Below are positions 1 to 7,087 of a stretch of DNA of 25,251 nucleotides, one piece after another; position 1 is the first letter of the stretch, and each line of letters starts with the position of its first letter. The notes under the pieces were generated by a model. That model saw only the letters and a program-made list of their open reading frames with translations. It ran no database searches and was not told the origin of the DNA. Made by a program: the position numbers and the translations under genes. The stretch covers positions 1 to 25,251 of the forward strand of contig JBILCQ010000001.1 in the NCBI GenBank assembly GCA_044353065.1. Direction: 5' to 3'. Origin of the DNA: Flavobacteriales bacterium. GTDB taxonomy: Bacteria; Bacteroidota; Bacteroidia; Flavobacteriales_D; Sanyastnellaceae.

Positions 1-69
1 TGCTTCGCTGAAGTCAGCAATATCGGTTGATTTTCCTTTTTATAATGATTGTTTCGGGTTTCTGTCGGT

Positions 70-77
70 TAAATTTG
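70..77 (+). promoter_or_regulatory. Bacteroidota sigma-70 -7 element (TAAATTTG) upstream of the mbnP-like gene
   Basis: Exact match to TAnnTTTG, ending 24 nt before the ATG at 102. Confidence 0.55.
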
Positions 78-101
78 TACGTCATTGAAAAAGAGCAACC
101 C

Positions 102-896
102 ATGAATCGTTTCCTACAAGTATTTGTTATTGCGTGTTTATTCTTCTGCATGCAGTCGTGCAATGAGAAAGAATTAGCACCAGCACCAACCCCAACCTCT
201 CCAAATAATCCTGTGCTTGGTGCTTCCAGTCTTACCCTCAAATTTGATGCGCTGTGGGATACGGTTCCCTTTGAAATGGGGCGAATTTTTACGGACAATG
301 TTGGTAATCGAGTGCGTGCTGATATGTTCAAGAACTACATTTCGATGGTGACATTGGTCGCTGATGATGGCTCGGAGGTGCTATTGAAAGACTTTCTGCT
401 GGTCGATTATTCAAGAGAAAATGAAGTATTTATGGAAATTCCTTCCGGTAAATACACATCACTTAAAATGGGGGTTGGCATTCCCGCGGAATTCAACACT
501 GACCAAGATCCTGCTGTTTACCCAAGTTCAAGTCCACTGAGCGTAGCGGGTTCTCAGGGTATGTTTTGGCAGTGGAGCACGGGCTACATATTTGCAAAGT
601 TTGAAGGAAGGGCTGATACATCGGGCGTGGCAGGGGCTGCCTTATTGCTGCCCATCGCCATCCACGCAGGAAACGATGCGAGTTACCGTGCTTACGAATC
701 AGACCCATTCATTCTAGAGTTATATGAAGACTCTGCAACAGTTAATGTCCACCTTCTCGTGAATAAACTATTTTCACCTGATCAAGGGAATGAGGTTAAT
801 CTGACTGAAAATGCCGTCACGCACTCTCAAAACAACTCGCAACTTGCAGCCAATTACATGAACAACTTTGTAGCTGCCTTGGTGGTGGAGCCATGA
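102..896 (+). CDS. MbnP-family lipoprotein (putative copper-binding partner of di-heme peroxidases), 264 aa
   Basis: Start moved from 27 to ATG 102, giving the lipoprotein signal MNRFLQVFVIACLFFCMQSC. Contains MFWQWSTGYIFAKFEG (WxW motif) and a downstream HAG. Stop overlaps the start of the next cytochrome c peroxidase gene (ATGA). Confidence 0.8.
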   Translation: MNRFLQVFVIACLFFCMQSCNEKELAPAPTPTSPNNPVLGASSLTLKFDALWDTVPFEMGRIFTDNVGNRVRADMFKNYISMVTLVADDGSEVLLKDFLLVDYSRENEVFMEIPSGKYTSLKMGVGIPAEFNTDQDPAVYPSSSPLSVAGSQGMFWQWSTGYIFAKFEGRADTSGVAGAALLLPIAIHAGNDASYRAYESDPFILELYEDSATVNVHLLVNKLFSPDQGNEVNLTENAVTHSQNNSQLAANYMNNFVAALVVEP

Positions 897-1909
897 TTGT
901 TCGAACCGTGCTATTTTCGGTTGTGCTGATTGCCTGCGCGAATCAAGGCACGCAGCGATTGACTGATAGCGAAGTACGAGTGCGCATTCCTTCATCGTTC
1001 CCAGAAGTTTCTTATCCCGAAGACAATGCCCCGACCGCGCTGCGTATTGAATTGGGCCGTCGCCTTTTTTATGACAACCGACTTTCAGAAGATGAATCGC
1101 TCAACTGCGGATCATGCCATGTGCTGAGCGCTGCATTCACCGATGGAAGAGCTACTAGTCAAGGTTTGCATGGAGCAATGGGTAAACGAAACGCTCCAAC
1201 GCTGGCCAATGTCGCTTGGTTGAAGCGACTCATGATGGAAGGTGGTGTTCCGACGTTGGAGACTCAGATTCTTGTGCCTTTACATGACAGCACTGAGATG
1301 GCACCAAGCATGATGCCCATTGTTGACCGATTGAATGAGGATGCTTATCTGCGCGAACTTTCGCGTGCTGCCTATGGTCGTGATAGCATCGACCCGTTTG
1401 TAATTACCCGGGCACTCGCTTGTTTTCAGCGAACGTTTGTTTCGGGCGACTCACGTTACGATCGCTATTTGCAAGGAAGAAAAGATCAAGTGAATGAGCA
1501 AGAACTTCGAGGAAGAGAGTTGTTCTTTTCGCCAAAGACACATTGCAGCGAATGCCACAGCGGTGTTTTTTTTACGGATATGGGTTTTTACAATATTGGT
1601 TTGTATGACGAGTATGCCGATGCAGGAAGAGCCCGAGCAACCGATCGAGATGAAGACATCGGTCGTTTTAAAACACCTACGCTTCGAAACATTCAGTTAA
1701 CCGCACCTTACATGCATGATGGAAGTTTGGCTTCACTGGAAGAGGTTATTCAGTTTTACAACATCGGAGGAAAGTCTCATCGAAACAAGGATCCGCGCAT
1801 TGAGCCGTTGGGGCTGACTAATCAGGAACAAGCCGATTTGATTGCATTTCTGACAACACTCACCGATTGGAATTTTGTTCAAAACGAGGAGTTATTACCT
1901 TTGGAATGA
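893..1909 (+). CDS. Di-heme cytochrome c peroxidase family protein (MauG/MbnH type), copy 1, lipoprotein, 338 aa
   Basis: Two CxxCH motifs (CGSCH, CSECH); LGRRLFYD, RNAPTL, FKTPTLRN and TAPYMHDG motifs; lipobox LIAC. Confidence 0.9.
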   Translation: MIVRTVLFSVVLIACANQGTQRLTDSEVRVRIPSSFPEVSYPEDNAPTALRIELGRRLFYDNRLSEDESLNCGSCHVLSAAFTDGRATSQGLHGAMGKRNAPTLANVAWLKRLMMEGGVPTLETQILVPLHDSTEMAPSMMPIVDRLNEDAYLRELSRAAYGRDSIDPFVITRALACFQRTFVSGDSRYDRYLQGRKDQVNEQELRGRELFFSPKTHCSECHSGVFFTDMGFYNIGLYDEYADAGRARATDRDEDIGRFKTPTLRNIQLTAPYMHDGSLASLEEVIQFYNIGGKSHRNKDPRIEPLGLTNQEQADLIAFLTTLTDWNFVQNEELLPLE

Positions 1910-3027
1910 TGAAGAGTAGATTGCTTATCGGACTCATTTTATTTTTCGTGGCTTGTGTATCATGCAACCCCGAAAATCCTGAAGAAGAGGTTCCTGTTAT
2001 TCCTCCTCCTCCTTCTCCTTCTTGGGAGCCAACTCCCTATAATTTGGTTATTCCGCCCTTATTTCCACCCATGGATATTCCCGCGGATAATCCACTTACA
2101 GCGGAAGGAGTTGAGTTGGGCAGATACTTGTTTTGGGAGAAGAAGCTGAGTGCCGATGGAACTCAAAGTTGCGGATCATGTCATCTGCCAGAACATGGAT
2201 TTTCAGATCCCAATCGTTTTAGTGTTGGAATAACCGGTGCGCAGGGTACACGACAATCCATGTCGTTGGTTAATTTGGGTTGGGCGTACAATTATTTTTG
2301 GGATGGTCGTGCCTTGACTCTGGAGGAACAGGTACTTGAGCCAATTACGAATCCCATTGAAATGAATAATACGTGGGAAAATGCTTTAGATCAATTGAGA
2401 GCTGATTCATTGTATGCTCCCATGTTTCAGGCTGCATTTGGCACCGCCGACATTACACGTGATCGAGCAGCCAAGGCTATGGCTTCGTTTCTACGAACTA
2501 TGATAAGCGCCAACTCCAAGTTTGATCAGGAACGATCAGGAGCCTACATGTTTAGTGTTTTGGAAGAAACCGGATTCAATTTATTTCAGGCAGAGGGAGG
2601 AACGAACCCAAATACCGGATTGCCCTGGGGTGGCGGCGATTGTTTCCATTGCCATGGTATAGCAGGTATGCAAATGGGTGATTATCTCATGCACAACAAC
2701 GGTTTGGATGCTGAGTACTCTGCCGATCCGGGAAGAGCCGGTGTAACGGGAAATCCGTTGGATAGCGGTAAGTTCAAAACACCGTCGTTGCGCAACATCG
2801 AACTAACCGCTCCCTACATGCATGACGGGCGTTTTCAGACTCTCGAGGAGGTAATTAATCATTATAACACCGGCGGACAGATTAGCACGACGGTTGATCC
2901 ATTTATGGAATCAGCGGGTGGAGGTTTGCACCTCGAGGAAATTGATAAAATAGCCTTGATTGCCTTTTTGAAAACACTCACCGACACTTCCTTTATTCAT
3001 AACCCCGCATTCAGCGATCCTCACTGA
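1906..3027 (+). CDS. Di-heme cytochrome c peroxidase family protein (MauG/MbnH type), copy 2, lipoprotein, 373 aa
   Basis: Start moved to ATG 1906 (ATGA overlap with the copy 1 stop). Lipobox CVSC and a Pro-rich linker; CGSCH and CFHCH; FWDGRA, FKTPSLRN, TAPYMHDG. Confidence 0.9.
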   Translation: MMKSRLLIGLILFFVACVSCNPENPEEEVPVIPPPPSPSWEPTPYNLVIPPLFPPMDIPADNPLTAEGVELGRYLFWEKKLSADGTQSCGSCHLPEHGFSDPNRFSVGITGAQGTRQSMSLVNLGWAYNYFWDGRALTLEEQVLEPITNPIEMNNTWENALDQLRADSLYAPMFQAAFGTADITRDRAAKAMASFLRTMISANSKFDQERSGAYMFSVLEETGFNLFQAEGGTNPNTGLPWGGGDCFHCHGIAGMQMGDYLMHNNGLDAEYSADPGRAGVTGNPLDSGKFKTPSLRNIELTAPYMHDGRFQTLEEVINHYNTGGQISTTVDPFMESAGGGLHLEEIDKIALIAFLKTLTDTSFIHNPAFSDPH

Positions 3028-3530
3028 TGAGCAATGCACTGCCCGAGGAACTGAGCAAGCACCTCAAAAGGGCTAATCAATTCAAGAAGGAAAACAAGAA
3101 GTTTCTCCAGAATTTTTCGCGTAAGAAGGATGTGGATGACGCGTTTCATACGCTCCATGAAGAGATCTTTCAGAAAATGGATTGTCTTGAATGTGCGAAT
3201 TGCTGTAAGACTACGTCGCCGATTTTTCGTGATGTGGATATCGATCGCATTGCGAAGCATCTGGGCATGAAGCCATCTCATTTCACAGAGAAGTATCTGC
3301 ATATCGACGAAGACAACGACTGGGTGTTGAATTCATCGCCCTGTGCTTTTCTGGGCGACGACAACTATTGCAGCATCTATGAGGTACGCCCGAAAGCGTG
3401 TCGCGATTATCCGCATACCGATCGCAAGAACATGCACCAGGTGATGGATCTTACTTATAGGAATACTATGGTGTGCCCGGCAGTTGCTACGATTGTCGAT
3501 AAACTCCGCGCTGAACGCGGTACGCATTAA
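3027..3530 (+). CDS. YkgJ-family (CxxCxxCC) cysteine-cluster protein, putative zinc/iron-chelating, 167 aa
   Basis: CLECANCC...CAFL...CSIYEVRPKACRDYP...CPAV pattern; TGATG 1-nt overlap with the upstream stop. Confidence 0.85.
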   Translation: MSNALPEELSKHLKRANQFKKENKKFLQNFSRKKDVDDAFHTLHEEIFQKMDCLECANCCKTTSPIFRDVDIDRIAKHLGMKPSHFTEKYLHIDEDNDWVLNSSPCAFLGDDNYCSIYEVRPKACRDYPHTDRKNMHQVMDLTYRNTMVCPAVATIVDKLRAERGTH

Positions 3531-3631
3531 GTCTGTTCAATACGCAAGCTCTACTCTGGGGAATGCGGTATGCTCTATTGGAATAATCGAAGAGGAACGA
3601 TGTGTTGAACGTTGGCGAAAATTTAATCGCC

Positions 3632-4318
3632 ATGAGTTACGCAACCGATTTTGGAACCCTCTTCTTTCCTCGCTATTGTTCTTCGTGCAACCGCAATTTG
3701 ATGCACTATGAAAAGGCCGTATGCATGCATTGTCTTTCGGATTTACCGCGGTTGCACATGCATGATGAATGTGACAATCCGATTGAGAGGCTGTTTTGGG
3801 GAAGAGTCGATGTGCGAGCTGCCACAGCATTTCTGAGTATGCCGCGCAATGGAATTAGCCACCGTCTAATTCATCGCCTCAAGTACCATGGCGATCAGGA
3901 AGTAGGCGAGCGCCTGGGTGCTTTGTTTGCGCATGAAATGCTTGATTCCAATCGAATGAAGGAGATCGATGTAATTGTGCCTGTGCCTTTGCATCCCAAG
4001 AAACTGCATGTGCGGGGTTATAATCAGTGCGATTGCATTGCGAGAGGAATGGCAGAAGTTTTAGGTGCGGAGGTGTCTCTCAACAACTTAACCCGGACGC
4101 ATTTCAATGACTCACAAACGCGTCGTGGTCGTATATCGCGTTGGTCGAATGTGAAGGATATATTCTGGGTGCGTGAACCGGAGAAGTTCGAAGGCAAACG
4201 CATTCTGCTGGTGGATGACGTCATTACGACGGGAGCTACCATAGAGGCGTGTGCTTCATCTCTGCTCAAGATTAAAGAAGTTCAGTTATATGTTGGAGCT
4301 CTGGCGGTTCCCGCGTGA
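3632..4318 (+). CDS. comF: ComF-family protein (double zinc ribbon plus phosphoribosyltransferase domain), 228 aa
   Basis: LFFPRYCSSC...CMHC ribbon, LKYHG, VPVPLH, RGYNQ and the PRPP-binding LLVDDVITTGAT; ATG 3632 preferred over GTG 3602. Confidence 0.8.
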   Translation: MSYATDFGTLFFPRYCSSCNRNLMHYEKAVCMHCLSDLPRLHMHDECDNPIERLFWGRVDVRAATAFLSMPRNGISHRLIHRLKYHGDQEVGERLGALFAHEMLDSNRMKEIDVIVPVPLHPKKLHVRGYNQCDCIARGMAEVLGAEVSLNNLTRTHFNDSQTRRGRISRWSNVKDIFWVREPEKFEGKRILLVDDVITTGATIEACASSLLKIKEVQLYVGALAVPA

Positions 4319-4340
4319 ATGCATCCGATTATATTTGTTC

Positions 4341-4961
4341 ATGCTTATTCGCATCGCGCTCTTAGTACTGTTCATTACACTGCATTCATGGATGAGTGCT
4401 CAGCATCTCTTGACACTTATGAATGGTCGAGAGATGGAGTGTGCTGTGTTGGGCGACTCCGGCACCGTTTTACTCGTGCAACTGACGAAGCCAAGTGGTC
4501 GAGTGATTAAGCGGGAAATTCCCAAAAGCGATATTTTCAGTCTGAAAATGGGTGATGGCCAGGAGCAAATTTTTTATGTGAAAGATGAGATGATGGGTGA
4601 TATCTACACCGTTGATGAAATGCGCTTTTACCTCGCCGGAGAGAATGACGCACGACAGAATTTTACGGCTTGGCCCACCTTCGCTGTTGGATTTGCACTC
4701 TGCACGGGTATATCTCTTTTCGGTGGCGATGGGTACATCACAGCAGTAGGTCCGCCTATTCTGTATACCTTGTTGCAACTTGCGCCTAAGATTAAAATTC
4801 GTGAGAAGACCATGAGCCATCTCGATTATAAATACAACGATATCTACGCCGATGGCTATGAACCTCCTGCCCGCACGCGCAAACTATCGCGTGCAATGGA
4901 AGGTGCTTTTCTCGGTTCGGCAACCGGAGTTGCCTGCTGGCTCTTGTTCCTTCAAAAATGA
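4341..4961 (+). CDS. Hypothetical exported/membrane protein, 206 aa
   Basis: Signal-like N-terminus ending SA-Q, small beta-rich domain, then hydrophobic Gly-rich C-terminal segments; ATGA overlap with the next gene. The start position is uncertain. Confidence 0.65.
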   Translation: MLIRIALLVLFITLHSWMSAQHLLTLMNGREMECAVLGDSGTVLLVQLTKPSGRVIKREIPKSDIFSLKMGDGQEQIFYVKDEMMGDIYTVDEMRFYLAGENDARQNFTAWPTFAVGFALCTGISLFGGDGYITAVGPPILYTLLQLAPKIKIREKTMSHLDYKYNDIYADGYEPPARTRKLSRAMEGAFLGSATGVACWLLFLQK

Positions 4962-5692
4962 ACGTGCTTCGATGGATTGTTCATTCTCGTATGTGGGTTG
5001 CGCTGGCAGCCGCAGCTTGGGCCATAGAGTCGTTCGTGCGTTGCGGTGAATGGGTGAGGTGGACCTTAGTACTACACATTTTTTTTCTGACTTGGAGTGC
5101 TTATTTGTTTTTAACCGACGATGCCATGCGCAAGTATCGCTTGCTCGTGCTCACATCGCTCACTGGCGTTTGTATTACGTTTCAGGGTGTTGAATCGCTT
5201 ATGGTTCTTTCGCTTTGCATGTTGCCTGTTCTCTTTTACCGAACGCACTGGATGCCTCGCTCGTGGTTGCTTTCTCGTTTTGAATTGAGAAATATTCCCA
5301 TCGTCAATAATTGGGTGATTGCCTTCTGCTGGGTTGTGCTATGTATGCTTTGGCCAATGCAACGAATGGGTGCTGAAATTTCAGTGCAAACACCATTTCT
5401 GCTGGCTGCTTTCTTTTGGATAACGGCTCTCTCTATGAGTGAAGATCTCTTCGCCGAAGCTACTCCCGATGCTTCGCTGCGATGGCTTGGGCGGGTTCGC
5501 CTACGAGTGCTGGCAATCGTGTTCGTAATAGCCGCCATGGTAATCAGCTTCTATAATCACGAGCAACAGATTTCTGTTTGGATTTCGATGACAGCATCGC
5601 TACTACTGTTGCTTTTGATGCCTGGCGGCAAAAGAACCGTGGGTAAATCATGGCTCATTGATGCCATGATCGTATTGCGATTTCCTTTTTGA
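4958..5692 (+). CDS. Multi-pass membrane protein, distantly UbiA-prenyltransferase-like, 244 aa
   Basis: Many hydrophobic segments; LRNIPIVNNWVIAFCW resembles a segment I recall from Bacteroidota UbiA-like proteins; canonical Asp-rich motifs are not evident. Confidence 0.5.
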   Translation: MNVLRWIVHSRMWVALAAAAWAIESFVRCGEWVRWTLVLHIFFLTWSAYLFLTDDAMRKYRLLVLTSLTGVCITFQGVESLMVLSLCMLPVLFYRTHWMPRSWLLSRFELRNIPIVNNWVIAFCWVVLCMLWPMQRMGAEISVQTPFLLAAFFWITALSMSEDLFAEATPDASLRWLGRVRLRVLAIVFVIAAMVISFYNHEQQISVWISMTASLLLLLLMPGGKRTVGKSWLIDAMIVLRFPF

Positions 5693-5694
5693 AA

Positions 5695-6987
5695 TTATCC
5701 CAACACAACATCGAGTGCATGTTGCATGGCTGCAATGGTGCGGTCGAGATCTTCCATGCTATGTGCTGCTGAAACAAAGCCAACTTCATAACCGCTCGGA
5801 CCCAGATAAACACCTTGCTCCAACAGTGAACGATGAAACGGCGCAAACTTCTTCATCTCGTCACCATCGATTTCGTCGCTTCGGCGAATGGCTTTTTGAT
5901 CGGAAAACGTTACCCAGAAAATGCTGCCAACGCTGAACATGTTGAACTTGTATTCCTTGCTGCGCGCGTAATTCAGCACATTGTTGACTAGGTAATCAGT
6001 TTTCTCTTTCAGTTCTTCGTAGAAACCGGGGCGCAAACATTCGGTCAATTGGGCAATACCTGCAGCCATGGCAACAGGGTTTCCGCTTAACGTTCCTGCC
6101 TGGTATACGGGGCCTTCGGGTGCGACATGGTTCATCACCTCTGCGCGTGAGGCATAAGCGCCCACGGGCAGACCTCCACCAATGATTTTTCCGAAAGCGA
6201 GCACGTCGGGTTGTATTCCATAGTAGCCCGAAGCTCCTTCGAAACCTACTCGGAATCCGCTAATCACTTCGTCGAACAACAGGATGATTCCTTCACGTGT
6301 GCACACTTCACGCACGTAGCGCAAGAAGTCTCCTTCTTGCAAAAGCAATCCATTGTTGGCCGGAATGGGTTCAATGGCAATCACCGCAATTTGTCCGCGA
6401 TATTCATGCACTGCTTTATCGAGTGCTTCTTTATCGTTGAGCGGAAGAACGATTGTTTCCTTTGCATACGCTTCCGGAATACCGGCAGAGCTCGATGTTC
6501 CCAAGGTGGCCAATCCGCTGCCGGCTTTCACCAGCAAGCTATCTACGTGACCATGGTAACAACCTTCAAACTTGATGATTTTATCGCGACCGGTATAACC
6601 ACGAGCCAAGCGAATGGCACTCATGGCCGCTTCTGTGCCGCTGCTCACGAAACGAATTTTTTCGAAGTAGCGGTGGTTTTTCAGAATGAGTTCGGCCAAT
6701 TCATTTTCCAATCGGGTGGGAGCGCCGAAGCTGCTGCCATTGGCCACCGTGTCTTGAACGGCTTTCACAACCGACGGGTGTGCATGGCCTAAGATGAGAG
6801 GTCCCCATGAACAGCAGTAATCGATAAACTCGTTGCAGTCTTCATCCCACACGTGCGAACCTTGTCCTTTGGCGAAAAACAAAGGAGTGCCGCCCACCGA
6901 TCGAAATGCACGAACCGGAGAGTTGACGCCTCCTGGAAATAAGGTTTTCGCTTTTTCAAAAAGTTCGGCTGAGCGGGATGTATTCAT
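5695..6987 (-). CDS. hemL: Glutamate-1-semialdehyde 2,1-aminomutase, 430 aa
   Basis: PGGVNSPVRAF, RFVSSGTEA, FEGCYHGH, PLP lysine in FGKIIGGGLPVGA, YQAGTLSGNP. Confidence 0.97.
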   Translation of the reverse strand: MNTSRSAELFEKAKTLFPGGVNSPVRAFRSVGGTPLFFAKGQGSHVWDEDCNEFIDYCCSWGPLILGHAHPSVVKAVQDTVANGSSFGAPTRLENELAELILKNHRYFEKIRFVSSGTEAAMSAIRLARGYTGRDKIIKFEGCYHGHVDSLLVKAGSGLATLGTSSSAGIPEAYAKETIVLPLNDKEALDKAVHEYRGQIAVIAIEPIPANNGLLLQEGDFLRYVREVCTREGIILLFDEVISGFRVGFEGASGYYGIQPDVLAFGKIIGGGLPVGAYASRAEVMNHVAPEGPVYQAGTLSGNPVAMAAGIAQLTECLRPGFYEELKEKTDYLVNNVLNYARSKEYKFNMFSVGSIFWVTFSDQKAIRRSDEIDGDEMKKFAPFHRSLLEQGVYLGPSGYEVGFVSAAHSMEDLDRTIAAMQHALDVVLG

Positions 6988-7060
6988 TTTTTTAAGATTG
7001 AATTTTTTGCACTACAGGGAATGCCGTTGTTTTGCAACGATTAAAATGCGAGGCGCAAGA

Positions 7061-7068
7061 TACCTTCG
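7061..7068 (+). promoter_or_regulatory. -7 element variant (TACCTTCG) upstream of kynU
   Basis: TAnnTTCG variant ending 19 nt before ATG 7088. Confidence 0.45.
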
Positions 7069-7087
7069 CCAACTCAAACACACTGTC

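Noticed and set aside
1990-2040. CCT/TCT low-complexity run
   Set aside because: It encodes the poly-Pro linker of the lipoprotein; too short and imperfect to be a phase-variation tract.
6211-6792. 193-aa ORF antisense to hemL
   Set aside because: Shadow ORF with no motif or promoter support.
6833-7087. N-terminal extension of kynU in the ORF track
   Set aside because: It overlaps the hemL start on the opposite strand and runs over the likely promoter. Kynureninase-like sequence starts at ATG 7088. The extended starts given for mbnP, sucA, sucB, both TBDRs, gdhA and the HYR gene were trimmed on similar grounds.
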